Shown here: in pieces, positions 24,749 through 38,673 of the stretch
Numbering within the stretch: position 1 is the first letter of the stretch
Layout: every line of letters starts with the position of its first letter
NCBI RefSeq assembly: GCF_036321535.1
Contig: NC_087437.1
Location: forward strand, 52,392,001 to 52,456,000
DNA length: 64,000 nt
Direction: 5' to 3'
Source of the DNA: Camelus dromedarius
Taxonomy: Eukaryota
Notes under the pieces: model-generated
The model's database searches: none
Told to the model about the DNA's origin: nothing
What the model saw: the letters and a program-made list of their open reading frames with translations, nothing else
Made by a program: the position numbers and the translations under genes

Positions 24749-27700
24749 TGAAAACTTCTGATTAACCGAGTAATGAATGCTGAGACTAGTAATTTAGGAA
24801 AATAGAAAATTTTCAGTGATAATCACTGTTGACCTTTTGAACCTACTTTATTGTTTTCTTGAAATGCTTATATAATTATTTTTATACTTATTAATATTAA
24901 ATATTTAAGGGCATAAATGTCTGTGTCTTATTTTTTAAGACATTCTAAGTGCATTTATTTAGTTATTAATTTTCTTCTTCATATGGCAAGTCAGAAAATG
25001 TTGATTCTATTCTGGAATATTAACACTTATATTAATATATATTATTTACCATAGGTTTATGGAGATTATAGAGAAATCATTCCTTTGGTCAAGAAATTTA
25101 TTTAGTCTTTGACTTAAAGTATATTTGAAGCCTCACAAGTTTCTATTTTTGATAAGATTATAGTCTACAACTCTGAAAGTGAGTATGTTTATAATGTAGG
25201 TTTTAAAAAATAAATCTTGAAACCTACATTGTAAAATTAGACTTTAATCATGGTTGTATTTATAGGCACTAATATTCATAAAGTAATCTGTCAACATGGA
25301 GGTTGCCTTTTTATAATTTTAATTTTTTGCTGGTTCTAGCAGACTTCAATATTATTAAACATTCATAATGTAAACCAAAAATACAGGTGTATGGTAGACA
25401 CTGAATCAGTATTTTTGAATGCATGGTTATTGGGGGAAACATTATAAGGAAGACAGGATAAGGTAGGTCAATGAATATGGTTGATGTGAGGTTATTATTG
25501 TCCTTTCAAATAGGGATTTCATTGGATGGTTCACAGTTAAGAGAGCAAGTTAGGGGTAAAGATGTGATTGTAGGTCACTCTTCTCATCTGATTTTAAATA
25601 ATCATATACTTAGAATTTTGTAATTCCATTAGAAAAAGCTATCTAATTTTTTTTAAGTTCAGATGAAGATCTCGGTGACAGACCTCTACCATGGGAAGAT
25701 CATTTTATGTTATTACTATGAACAAGTAACTGAATCCCAGTTTTAAAATGTGAATGATGCCCTAATAGCAGAAATCTTACTTATGCTCTAAATACTGCTA
25801 TATGAATTTTAGAGAAATAATCAGGAGGTTAGGATGGCAGTTCATTTTAAGGCAAGAAAATGCCAAGTAGAGAGAAGACAGCTTGGGAAGAGCTGAGCAT
25901 CAATCAGGAAACCTCAGCAATAATAGTTACTTTTAAATTTTATTCAATTTCAGTCATACTTTTATCTGTGGGACAAAATTATCCAAAATCTTTGATTTAC
26001 TTATATTTATGACATAAAACTCAAAATCTGATCTATTATAAAATTATCCTCTTTTAGTAATATGGGGGAAACTATATTATATACTAAAAACACAAGAATT
26101 CAAGGGCCATTTGGCCACATTACCTCTTCCATTCCTCTTTTTCTCTGTGCTGATTCCATCTTGGCATGAAGCCAAGGTAATTTCCAGAAATTGGCAGTGC
26201 CCTGGCAAGTGCACAGCTGCTGCTGTCTCCAACCCTCGCCTACTAATTTTACACAAACCACTTCCTGCTTTTGAGGCTGAGCAATTCACAGGGCAAGGCA
26301 AGTGTGCCTGAAGGGTGGATATGGAAGCACTACCTTGTGCTCCTGGCAGATTCAGGAGCCCTTGTATAGGTGGCAACAGCATCACTTCACCTGCAGCCCT
26401 GCCCATAGAGCTTCCTCCTGATAAGGGTGATGTGCCAACCTGGCCCTTTTACCCCTCTGCTCTTCCTTGTCTTTTTCCACTTGACTCTCACTGTTTAAAA
26501 TTCTTGCCTCTTTCCCTTTCTGTTCCCTTCTAATAAATTTCTAGCTTTGACTTCTCATGAATTAGAAGATCTAAACAGTCAGTTCCCATGAGGGTCTCTG
26601 AGCCAAATCTGGACAGAGAGAGGGGACCTGGGAGGACAAAGACCGAGGCAGAGATGGTGGGATTGCTTGTGCACCCTCAGGTTCCACTTACCCTCCTCTT
26701 CATTGTGTAGTGGCAGCATGTGGGTGAACGTACAAACGCAGGTAAAACTGTGATCTTTTTATCCTCCTACACCCTTCTTACATGTAGAATCAGCTTGATC
26801 AATTTGAATATAGTCATGGTGATGATTTCTTTCCCTTTGTTCTTGTGCTTATCCATTTCTCCGCCTTCGTTGGTTGAAATTGGACTTGATATTCTTGGTG
26901 AGCAGAGGAAAGCCTCTTTGACTACACATCTTTATGCACATCTTCAGGTTTCCATCACCTCTGCCCACTCCCAGAGCAGCTGAATCACCAATAGCTAGGT
27001 GCTTTTCACTGTTCTGTTGATAGATGCAGGGTCACCCCTCTAAATGGGTGCTTGTGCTTCCTTGGGTGTAGCTTTAGTGCATCTAGAGTAACACTGTGAA
27101 TTATTATCATTTTTGTCATCAGTGGTCATGCTGCTGTCACATGACTAGTTGTTTCTGTTTATCCAAATAAACAACCAGACTAGGGGAAGAGCAAAGGATG
27201 AGGAAAGAGGACTCATTCCAGCTCTGCCACTAATTAGTTGTATTGATCAAGTCAGCAATCTTTCTGGGTTTTGATTCTCATGTGTAAAACAAGTGGGTTG
27301 GACTATATTCCTTGCAAATCTTGTTGTTTGTTGGTCTCTTAAATATCAAACTGAATGTGATGATCATGCTGAAGTTCTCTTCTTTAGACTCATCCCCAGT
27401 GCCTATGGGAACAGGTCCACTTCTTGTGCACTCTTAACCTCTTAGAAATGGAAAGAGATTGCAAAGGAAACATGTGTTTCTAACTTTTTGTATATGAGCT
27501 CATTTCAATATGATGTCATCATGGGAAAACTCAGAATAAAAGTGGACAAAATGGAAATTTATCAGAAATTAACATAAAATCCTATGGTTTGGTTCAAAGA
27601 ACAAATTGCACAAATAGGTGTTTGGCTGAAATTCACATATACATTTGAGTGTTTGCATTATCCTCAAGCCTGATATGAGCCAACAGCATAATGTATGTAT

Positions 27701-28887
27701 GTCCCGTGCTGTAAAGGATAACCACGAGTCCCAGCGATAGAGACAGACTGGAAGCAACTGCTGAGGCAGTGGCCAAGAGATCAGGCAGAGCAAGGTCTGA
27801 GAGGCCGAAGGCCAGAGACAGCTCAAGGTTGTGGCAGGAGATCAGAAAGAAAGCAAAATGAGGGGATCAGTAATGTCAAAGCTTAGAGATGCGCACAAAA
27901 GGAAGGAAGTGGGGCAAATAGGGGAGGGGAATCGTGGTCAGTTCAGCAAACAGCAGTTGCTGTAACAAAGGGCTCCAGCTTTTCTTTTTCCTTCGTTCTT
28001 TCCTTTCCCCAACCGTATATTCCCAGGCAGCCTCCCAGCCCCTAAATTTCTCCATGCCCCAGAATTTAAGTCCCTCTTAACCTAACTGGATGTAGTTAAA
28101 TCTCTTTGATTTGTTTAAAGGGAAAAATCATCTGCATTATTTCATGAGCTTTCAGAGTCCCTATATGAAGGAGGAGTTACCTTTGTTTCACACTGCTCAT
28201 CAACATTAGCTACCTATTTCATTATTTCTGGGTTCCCAGCCCTCTCACACATGCCCTGGTCATTTTTCCCTGTCTCTGCAAATGCTTGTATTCTTCCCTG
28301 ACTTCCTTTCTTTTGTCAGTTTCAAACACACCTTTCTTTCAGAGGTTCATCTCAATTCCATTCAGCCCAACCTAACTATTCCTGCCCCAGTGTTGTTCCT
28401 CTTCTCTCACAGCTCTGTGGAACAGAATATGACCCTTAGGTCATGGGATAAAGAAGTGGGCAGGAGTTAATTCCCTTGATATAAGTACCAACTCCTTAAG
28501 TAGCATATAAGCTTTGAAAAGAAGAAACTGTCTTAAAGAGACCATGTAGTACAGTGGTACAGGAGTTTGGGATTAGGAAAAATAACCTGGTGTTCCATCC
28601 TAGCTCTGTGACCTTTAGCATATACCTCTCACTAGGCCTCAGTGTCCTTCTGTGAAAAACAGGGATAATAACTCTGCACTCTGGTGTCCCCTCACAAGCA
28701 ATCAGATGTTTAGATCAGGATCACAGGAAACATTATTTTTTCACCTGTGAAGCAACCTAAGAAAGTGAGGGTTATCCTAAGAGGTGCCCTCATGTTGTAA
28801 AAAAGAATATGCTCTACCACTTAGTCAATACATGGCCTTAGAAGTTTCGTACTTTTCTAAAGTGAAAATACCACCATCACAAAGATT

Positions 28888-29078
28888 GTGGTGCTGATGC
28901 TGACTTATGCACCAGTTTGTAAGAGCCAATTGTCAAATATTTAGTAACTTCGCAAGCAGGTTGTTAAACTGCTATTAGCTTGAAATCTGCTTTGGTGGGA
29001 GTATTTATACCAGGGAAATTGGCAAACACTACAGTCAGATTGTTGGTTTTCTTACTCTGGAGAGTAAACTCATCACTG
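28888..29078. mobile_element. MER63A-like hAT element
   Basis: ggtgggagtatttataccagggaaattggcaaacactaca motif. Confidence 0.65.
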
Positions 29079-29261
29079 ATTATGTTAACAGGGCTCTGTA
29101 AATTGTAAAGCCCTTTGTCTTACTTATCATTAAAAATAGTAATGGTAATAGTAATGTTCTTTATGCACAGAACCTAGCCTAGCGCATGGCACAACTCCCA
29201 GCATATATTTAATAAATACTTTTTTTTAACATTTTACAAAGTATTTAAAAAAAGTTTTTAA

Positions 29262-30890
29262 CTTTTTTTTATTGAGTTATAGTCATTTTACAATGTTGTG
29301 TCAAATTCCAGTGTAGAGCACAATTTTTCAGTTATCCATGAACATACATATATTCATTGAGCTACCGCTAGATCTTGTATATATTTCCCTGTGCTATGCA
29401 GTATAATCTTGTTTGTCTATTCTACATTTTGAAATCCCAGTCTATCCCTTCCCACCCACCCCCACGCCCTTGGCAACCACAAGTTTGTATTCTATGTCTA
29501 TGAGTCTGTTTCTGCTTTGTATTTATGTACTTTTTTTTTTGTTAGATTCCACATATGAGCAATCTCATATGGTATTTTTCTTTCTCTTTCTGGCTTACTT
29601 CACTTAGAATGACATTCTCCAGGAACATCCATGTTGCTACAAATGGCGTTATGTTGTCGGATTTTATGGCTGCATAGTATTCCATTGTATAAATATACCA
29701 CATCTTCTTTATTCAGTCATCTGTTGATGGACATTTAGGCTGTTTCCATGTCTTGGCTATTGCAAATAGTGCTGCTATGAACATTGGGGTGCAGGTGTCT
29801 TTTTGAAGTAGTGTTCCTTCTGGATATGTGCCCAGAAGCGGGATTCCTGGGTCATATGGTAAGTCTATTCCTAGTCTTTTGAGGAATCTCCATACTGTTT
29901 TCCACAGTGGCTGCACCAAACTGCATTCCTACCAGCAGTGTAGGGAGGTTCCCTTTTCTCCACAGCCTCTCCAGCATTTGTCATTTGTGGACTTTTGAAT
30001 GATGGCCATTCTGACTGGTGTGAGATGATACCTCATTGTAGTTTTGATTTACATTTCTCTGATAATTAGTGATATTGAGCATTTTTCCATGTGCCTATTG
30101 ATCATTTGTATTTATTCCTTGGAGAATTGCTTGTTGAGGTCTTCTGCCCATTTTTGGATTGGGTTGTTTGTTTTTTTCTTATTAAGTCATTTGAGCTGCT
30201 TATATATTCTGGATATCAAGCCTTTGTCAGTTTCATTTGCCAAAATTTTCTCCCATTCCATAGGTTGTCATTTTGTTTTACTTATGATTTCCTTTGCTGT
30301 GCAGAAGCTTGTAAGTTTAATTAGGCCCCATTTGTTTATTCTTGCTTTTATTTCTATTGCTTGGGTAGACTGCCCTAGGAGAACATTTTTGAGATGTATG
30401 TCAGATAATGTTTTGCCTATATTTTCTTCTAGGAGGTTTATTGTATCTTGTCTTATGTTTAAGTCTTTGATCCATTTTGAGTTTATTTTTGTATATGGTG
30501 TAAGGGAGTGTTCATTGCTTTACATGCTGCTGTCCAGTTTTCCCAACACCATTTGCTGAAGAGACTGTCTTTATTCCATTGTATATTCTTGCCTCCTTTG
30601 TCAAAGATTAGTTGACCAAAAGTTTGTGGATTCATTTCTGGGTTCGCTATTCTATTCCATTGGTCGATATGTCTGTTTTTGTACCAATACTATGCTGTCT
30701 TGATTTCTGTAGCTCTGTAGTATTGTCTGAAGTCTGGGAGAGTTACTCCTCCAGCCTCTTTCTTTTTCTTCAGTAATGCTTTTGCAATTCTAGGTCTTTT
30801 GTGGTTCCATATAAATTTTATTATAATTTGTTCTAGTTCTGTGAAATATGTCCTGGGTAATTTGATAGGGATTGCATTAAATCTGTAGAT
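29262..30890 (-). mobile_element. 5'-truncated LINE-1 (ORF2 C-terminus plus 3' UTR), relatively young
   Basis: Minus ORF 29713-29919 [29 protein letters not shown]...CTPMFIAALFAIAKTWKQPKCPS is L1 ORF2p C-terminus. Poly-T and L1 3' end at the left side. Confidence 0.95.
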
Positions 30891-31814
30891 ACATCTCTAG
30901 ACATATTTGATGTTTATTTTTCTGAGGTCCCATAGCACCGTGTACATATCTGTGTATCCTATCTAATTGTATGGCTATTGTTGTCTTTCTCTCTAGATTG
31001 TTAAGTTCCCAAAGAGTGAGAACCTATATGCCATTCATTAATGCCTAACACATTGTATAGCATGTGATAGGAGCTTAGTTAATACTTGAGTGGATGAAAG
31101 AGAGTTTAAAGGATAGGATATTTTCAATGGTTCACTCACATAAGCTATTCATAGGGAATGGCAATGAAAAGAAAAGGCTTAAAATTTAGGTCTTAGTAAT
31201 AAAGATGAGGAATTAATAAAATGGGAATGGTCTATTTTTATTTTTAACCCCCAATATAGGATACTGTGGCTCCCCATCACCTTCAGGATAGAATCCAAAC
31301 CTCTTAGCCTGGCATACTTACAATCTAGCCCTTGACTCTTCAATTCTTATCTTTCTCTGTATTATCCCTATTATATAGGGATTTGCAAAGAAAGTAAATT
31401 TCTAATAAGCAACATACATTGAATAAATTTAAGATAGATTTTGCATGATCTGGTGAATCTAGAACAATTCCATGTCTTTATTTTCAGAGGTTAGGTACCT
31501 CTGAGAAATTTGGGCCAATGGACAGATCAGAAGCAAGGAATAAGTTTAAAGGGCTGGGGCTTAATCACATTGCCCAGATTTGGTACAGTACAGCAAAAAC
31601 AAAATTTATCTTAGGAATTTGTCTTGTCACATACACAAGACATTTATTTACATGCTTTAGGAATTAAAGTAAGGTGCCAGTGGAAAAGACACTAACGCAA
31701 ACAGAGAATATGAGTAGTGACTTATAATAACACAGAATGTAGTTTCTAATAAAAATATATTTATACTTTGGGGAAGGAAAATAATTTTTTTCTGATTATA
31801 AATATAATAACTCA

Positions 31815-32162
31815 TGTCTTAGTTTGTTCAAGCTGCTATAACAAAAATATCATAGACTAGATAACTCAGATAACATTTACTTCTGACAGTTTTTTGGAGG
31901 CTGATAAATCCAAGACCATGGCACTCAGAGATACAATCTGACGAAGGCATGCTTCCTGGTTCATAGACTGTGTCCTCACATGGCAGAAAATGTGAGGGAG
32001 CTCTCTAGGATTCTTTCTTATAAGGGCACTAATCCTATTCATGAGGGCTCCACCCTCATGGTCTAATCACCTCCCAAAGGCCCCACTTCCAAATAACATT
32101 ACAATTGAGACTGAGTTTCAACATATAAATTTTGGGGGGACACAAGCATTCAGTCTATAGAA
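31815..32162 (-). mobile_element. MLT1A-type MaLR solo LTR
   Basis: tgtcttagtttgttcaagctgctataacaaaa...cattcagtctatag. Similar to the 15053-15391 copy. Confidence 0.85.
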
Positions 32163-32575
32163 ACATTAATGCAAACTACTCAGAGTATCTTGAAAAACAA
32201 TAATATAAATCCCTCCCAAATCTAACCACCTGGAATTGACTATTGTTAATTCTTTGATTGTATCCTTCCAGTTTTTTTGCTTGTATATATGTTTGTGTAT
32301 CCTTTTAAACAACAACAAAAATTTTTAATGGCTTATGTTGTATATATTGTTCTAATGTGTTTTTTGTATTAATATGTCATGAGCATTTTCCCATGTTAGT
32401 AAATACTCTTCTACAACATGGTTTTTAACTGCTGCACAGTATTCCACCATGTAGATCTACACTACTATTTAACCAATCCCCCTTCTTTCAATGTTTTTAT
32501 TATAATAAATGGAAGTGTAGTAGTGTGGATGACTAAAGAAAGGGTGATCTCACGTCGTCCTCCTATTTTTCCCAG

Positions 32576-32664
32576 GTTCTGAAGCCCACTCTTACATCAG
32601 AGCTCTGTTCTAATGATCCTCTGAGTGTCGGTCGTCTCAGGACCTTGGGCACACTCATGGCACG
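32576..32664 (+). other. MAP3K13: 5' UTR part of MAP3K13 first coding exon (exon 2)
   Basis: Acceptor tcctatttttcccag ends at 32575, 89 nt upstream of the ATG at 32665. Confidence 0.75.
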
Positions 32665-33139
32665 ATGGCCAGCCCTCAGGAGCACCTGAGCTGCTCCTCT
32701 TCCCTACAGTTACCCTTGAGAGAAAACAAAACCTTCAATGGACTACAAGATGACGTTGCACCAATGGGGAGCCACCCTTCACCCAAGCACCTTAAGAACC
32801 AGCAAGAAAAGGGGGTGGTGCAAACAGAGCTAACTGAGGGCACAAACAGCCCCATCACCACCACAGTGTTGACAAGTGTAAGCGAGGATTCCAGGGACCA
32901 GTTTGAGAACAGCGTTCTTCAGCTAAGGGAACAAGATGAATCAGAGATGGCCATTTCTCATGGAAACAGCAACCCTGTGGACGGAGAGGGCACGAGTGGA
33001 ACTGAAGACATCAAGATTCAGTTCAGCAGGTCGGGCAGCAGCAGTGGTGGGTTTCTTGAAGGACTGTTTGGATGCTTAAGGCCTGTATGGAATATCATTG
33101 GGAAGGCATATTCCACTGATTACAAGTTGCAGCAGCAAG
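32665..33139 (+). CDS. MAP3K13: MAP3K13/LZK coding exon (exon 2), N-terminal region, 475 nt
   Basis: Translates MASPQEHLSCSSS...GGFLEGLFGCLRPVWNIIGKAYSTDYKLQQQ, the recognisable LZK N-terminus. Donor G|gtaagc, phase 1. Confidence 0.97.
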
Positions 33140-33494
33140 GTAAGCTAGGGTATGGACCTGGAAGATATTTCCTATGTAAAATGCACACCACCATTAACTG
33201 GATAACCTTTGACCTGTGGATGAATTAAAAGCCTAATGCCAGAGGAACACCCGTATCAATTTTCTATGGACTTTCTGAATGAAACAGATTGACATTTGGT
33301 TGGTTGTTTTTGGTCAAAGCCCATCTTCTATGGTTGTCCATTTCAGTAGTGTCCAGAGTAGAGCACATATAAGACAATCCATGACATTACAGTGAGGACA
33401 GTGTTACAGTTCCTGTTCTTTTTATCTCATCATTTAAAATTTCTATTTTCATGCATGTTTTCATATATATTGGTATTTTAGTAAAGTTGTACTT

Positions 33495-33605
33495 AATATA
33501 GGTATAATTATTTATAAATTGTACATACAAGTATAAAGTGTATATATATAGGTATATATATAAAGTGTGTGTGTGTATATATATATATGTATATATATAT
33601 ATAAA
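33495..33605. repeat. TA/TG low-complexity tract next to an L1 fragment
   Basis: tatatatata and gtgtgtgtgt runs, followed by L1-type tttatccattcatctgttgatg. Confidence 0.8.
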
Positions 33606-35368
33606 GAAGATACCCCATTTTCTTTATCCATTCATCTGTTGATGTGAAATACTTTCCCTTAAACCAGTACCAGTCTTCCCATCTATACCCCTTACCCATA
33701 AGTATATTTGGATTTACCTGTTAATCTGTCAATTTCAGGTATACTTTCCAGGATTTGTCAACCACAGCATCCATTCCTACTGCATGCAGAAATTCTTTGG
33801 AATTCCCTAGGTGTTGTCTATTTTTTTCTCTCTTTCATACATACTGCCATACCCTGGACATTCCACCCCTTTTCCCCTCTATGATCTTAAGGTTGCAGGG
33901 AAATCTAAAAGTTGTTCCTTGTCACACAAATGTTGGGGACTCCTATGTTAAATAGTACCATTATTTTAAAAATTGAAAATAAAGAGAAATCCAAAGATGA
34001 AAATAAAAATCACTTGTAATCCCACAACCCAGAGATAGCTACCCCTAATTTATTACTTTTTATAAGTTCCTTATCCTCTGCTTAGACACAAAACCTCTTA
34101 ATATCTGCTTATGTGATAAACTCCTTTGGTTTTTAGAGTCTTAAATTGTCCAGTCTAATAATTATTTTGGTGGCAGTTTGGAGGTCTCAGGATCCAAATG
34201 CAGCACTGAGATTCAGACTTAAAGGGGGCTAACAGACACATCCTATGTCTGTTAAAAAGAGCCTTTAATTTTTTTAATGTTCTATAAGTTTGTATTTAAT
34301 TTGTCTTCCAATTGATTATGTGATCTTCAGAAAGGCTTATTTCAGGAATAAATAAGAAACAGGCTTGTTCAGTTTAAGCTTACAAGGGTACGGCAGTTGC
34401 CCAACTCCTTAGCAGATGACGGGATATCCTACTGTGAGCAGGTGTTGCTGTGGGCCAGAGGAGAGATTCACTAGCCTGAAACTGAGTGTAGTTTTTTTTC
34501 TTGTCAGCTCTGGGATCAGGGAGCTAATCTTTAATCCTGGATTACAGTCAACTAATGGATGATATATAGAACAGATGTGTCCCTGCGTTTGGTATTATGA
34601 GGAAATTTCACTCGATTTAAAAAAAATTTTAATGATACCTTCATCTCCCATTTAGTACGTTGGTAGTGAAGTCCAAGTAAGGTAGTATGTGTGATTGAAA
34701 TCTTTTATTGCCAAATAGTTCCCGGTCTCAAAGCAAGTATTGTCATAGACACATCTGAATAAACAGAGGAGAACTTACGCATTAAAGTGAGTGGGCATGT
34801 GGCTTTTTCTCAGTCCTAGGGATCATGGTGGATGTTGGAATTAAGATAGTAGTCATAGTGATGAATCAGAGAGAGGATAAAAGCTGGGAAGGAGTACCAA
34901 TGGGACAGATGTAAAAGCAGCAGAAAGTCTGGGCTAACCTTGGAGGGAGCACAGCCAGTTTCCAGCATTATAAGGTTAGTTATCTTGCTCCTCAATGATC
35001 TAGGCCCCCAATTTTGCACATACTTGTCACTAACATTCTTTTTGCTGGCATTTTCCTGTTCATTGGCTCCCTTCTAGAAATTGATAGAGACATTGGGACT
35101 GGATAGATAGGACTAAATCACATCAATCAGTTTTACTTCTGGTAATTAGTTCTGGTAAAAAGATTGATGGAAAGGGGATTGAAGTATTACTTTACACTCT
35201 GTTCTTGAATTACCAGTGCTATCCCCTTTATTTTTCCATGGATAATTAAGATTTGGCTGAACATAGCTGAATTAACACAGGCATGAGCCACTGTTGGTCA
35301 AGGAAATTCTTATTATTTATTATAATATAAACATTTGGCATCTGAGTGCCAAATATATTTATCATTTG

Positions 35369-35596
35369 TATTTTATTTTATTTATTTTAACTTGAAGTAT
35401 AGTTGATTTACCATGTTATATTAGTCCTAGGTGTACAACATACTGATTCAATATTTTTATGGATTATACTTTATTTAAAGTTAGTATAAAATATTGGCTA
35501 TATTCCTTGTGCTGTACAATATCTCCTTGTAGCTTATTTATTTTACAGAGAGTAGTTTGTGCCTTAGTCCTCTACTCTTATCTTGCCCCTCCCTCC
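35369..35596 (-). mobile_element. L1 3' end fragment
   Basis: ttgaagtatagttgatttacc... L1 terminus. TSD tatcatttg at 35360-35368 and 35597-35605. Confidence 0.85.
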
Positions 35597-35739
35597 TATC
35601 ATTTGAATTTCAATAATTTATTTCTCATTTTATAAAAATACTAAATAATAGGAATTATTTATAAAATATGTATAGTACATTACAATATAAACATTATAAA
35701 ATGATATTAAAATGAAGGATTATTTACCAGCTTATTTTT

Positions 35740-36660
35740 TGAATCACTAAATAACAATATGAAAAAATTAATTTGCATCAGTCCTCACACCACATACAGC
35801 AAAATAAACTTCAGGTGTAAAGGTTAAACTTTTGAAAAATCAACTATGGATCACTCTTAGAAGATAGATTAGACAGTAGAAGAAATTACAAAGGAAATGA
35901 CAGACATCTATAAAAATACTTTGTTCAAAACATAATAAAACTATGAAATAACAGGGTAACTGTATTTATAAAATTCATTATAAAATAAAGAAAATACTTT
36001 TATAAAAAGTCTCTTCCTACATATCAAAAAAATAGAAGGCTGTTTCAAGTTTATGGGAACAGCAGGACCCTAATAAATAAGTAGACAAGGGATAAATTTG
36101 ATAATTCATACAAAGAAGATGTATTAAACAAATTTGGAGAAAATATTCTATCTCACTGTCAATTAAACTAGTGCAAACTTATAAAACACTATTTTATACC
36201 TAATTAAATTAGCACCAAAAAATAATTGTCAATATTCATTGCTGGTAAAGTTGTAGCACAAGAGACGTACTCATACTTTGCTACTGTCAGCAAAAACTAG
36301 CAAAATCCTTTTGGATAGCAATTTGGAATGTATACCAAGATCCAGGAAACTATACTCTTTAAGGATTGAATTTGAGGAAATAATACAAAGAAAGAAAAAA
36401 GGATCATGTTTAAATTAGCAAATAAAAAAATGGAAACACTTAAGTACAAAAAAAGGTAAGAGGGTACAGTAAACAACTATTAAGCTTATAATAAAAACTG
36501 TAAATAAATGGGGAATAGATTAAAAAGTAGAAAAAATATACATCACATAAACTCTTACATAGCTGTATATGATATACATATAAGCAAAGACTGGAAGATG
36601 AAAATGAATATGAGATGGGATTTCAGACAAAATATGTGCTTTTCTGTTTTTTCTAATATT
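35740..36660 (+). mobile_element. Old degenerate L1M-type LINE
   Basis: Very A-rich strand with remnants of L1 ORF2-end motifs. Confidence 0.6.
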
Positions 36661-37667
36661 TTCTGTTTCTAGTACTTAACAGTAAATAAAGATTGAGTAA
36701 ATAGGAAAAAAAGGAAACCCAAAGATTATCTAGTTTTAATAGTTATGTATTAAAAATTATGGTAACTTGGGCTTTCATAACGTTATCCTGAGAACTACTG
36801 CCCACTTACACTCTTGCTCAGAATCCAGTGCTGGTGCTTTCTTCAGCCATCAATACCTATGTCCTATGTGTTCCACACAAGTCAGCCTGTGGGGATCAAA
36901 GTCATTAGAAGCCATAAAGCTACTGAAAGCAGTCAAGTCTGTAACTTACTGTTTCCTCCCAAATATCACTTGGTATATTTGTTCCTTTGGTGATTTCATA
37001 TTTGTGAGCTGTTTGTATTTTAGAGAGATTTGTCTTTGTATAGCATCTATTCAATTTCAATAGAGCAGAAACCTTTAATACTGCTCATATCAAAAGACTG
37101 GGACAAATGCCCATGCTGTTAATCACCGTCACTATAATTTTTTCTGCTCTTTGTAGTTACATTTTGAAGGTCATGTTTTGACCATTGTAATGAAAAAAGG
37201 CATTTTATTCAGAACCTACAGAATTTCTTTTCTCTTAAAGTAGAGAAGATTAGAAAAGAGGGAAATGTAGTTCCCTTCTAGATACTGATGAACTCCTCCT
37301 GCACTTGCTTCATTGACGTAGTAGATAGTGAATTAACTTGCTTTCAAGATCAGAATATCTTCAAAGCTAATTCAACACTGCTTTGTTCAGTGCTCTGCAA
37401 ACAGTGTCCTTTAAGTGATCGGTAACCTGATGAGAATCTCTCATAACCTTTCGCATTGTCACCATCCTTGCCTCACTCCATGGGGCTCCTAGCTCTTTGA
37501 TGTTCACTTCTTACCATTGCAGAGATAATGCACTGGCAAAAAGGGGGACACAGAGAAAAATCAATGGATTATATTCTTCTTTTTAAGGTTCTGGAGATTA
37601 AAGCACATATTGATTGAATTTTGTATCTATTTTAAATAGCATTTTATTCATTACAAAAGTAATATAG

Positions 37668-37714
37668 GCTGAAACGAACACAATATTATAAATCAACTAT
37701 ACTTCAATAAAAAA
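37668..37714 (+). mobile_element. ~47-bp L1 3' terminus
   Basis: ctgaaacgaacacaatattataaatcaactatacttcaataaaa flanked by aatatag repeats. Confidence 0.7.
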
Positions 37715-37921
37715 AATATAGACTTATGGTTAAAAATATTTCACACAGAAAAGGATATGTAACATAACATGAACCATCAATAATGCCACCACTTAGAAAT
37801 GACCCCGTTACATTTTTGGTGCCAAAAAAAAAAATCAAACTCTGAGAAAAAGAGAAACTCGAAAATACTGCATCCATATGAATAACTATATCATAACCAA
37901 TGACCTTCCCAATTACTTCAT

Positions 37922-38190
37922 GAGAGGCAATGTGGTATGGTGGAGAAAGCACTGTCCCTGGATTCAGCCAATTGTCGGGTTCTGGGCCCAGGTTTGCCAC
38001 TTATCAATTATATGACCTTGATTAAGTTATTTAAGACATAGTTACCCTGTGCCTTAGTTCTCTCATTTGAAATAACCATAATAAAGCCAGACTTGTAGGA
38101 TTGTTGTAAGGATTAAACACATGATAGATCTAAAGCACTATGCTAATGTCTGGCATATAGTAAGTATTAAATAAAAGATAATTACTAGTA
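37922..38190. mobile_element. MIR SINE
   Basis: gaggcaatgtggtatggtgg...tgaccttg...ggattgttgtaaggattaaa...tggcatatagtaagt. Confidence 0.7.
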
Positions 38191-38673
38191 TAATTATTAT
38201 ACATAATTAGATCCTTAGGAGAATATCACTGAAAATTCATTCAGCGAGGATTGATTGAGCATCTGTACTAGAAATTCAAAGAGGAATAAAACAACACTTA
38301 TAATGAGTGATGGGGTAGGGATGGTGATGTAGAGACAAACAGGTGAATTGACTGAACGTACAAGCTTAAAGTGAGGAGGTGGGGCCGTGGAGTGTCGCGA
38401 TATGTTTCATTTGGAGGCGATTATATTGGAGATCTCTGATCTGCTAGGTTTCACTGGATAAAAATTGATACAAACTAATACATGTGAATATTTAATCTAT
38501 AGTTTTAAGACTCATGGAAAGGTTATATCTTTTAGCAAGTTACCAGGTGGGAGACAAAGGATAGAGGTCATTTTGGGTAATGGTAAAGTTGGTACCTTCA
38601 GAATGGCCTCGTAGAATGGTCCCTGAGTAAATGCTGAGATCTCTGTAAGTTTGTGTCTCGCTTATGTGCCTAG

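Noticed and set aside
26077..26560. Overlapping ORFs of 66-109 aa in a GC-richer block
   Set aside because: No recognisable protein motif. More likely an old LTR-like relic that I cannot assign.
30044..30559. 171-aa + strand ORF
   Set aside because: It is antisense to L1 ORF2, a typical spurious hydrophobic ORF.
34230..34254. 9-bp hairpin taacagaca...tgtctgtta
   Set aside because: Too short for a pre-miRNA and expected by chance in 64 kb.
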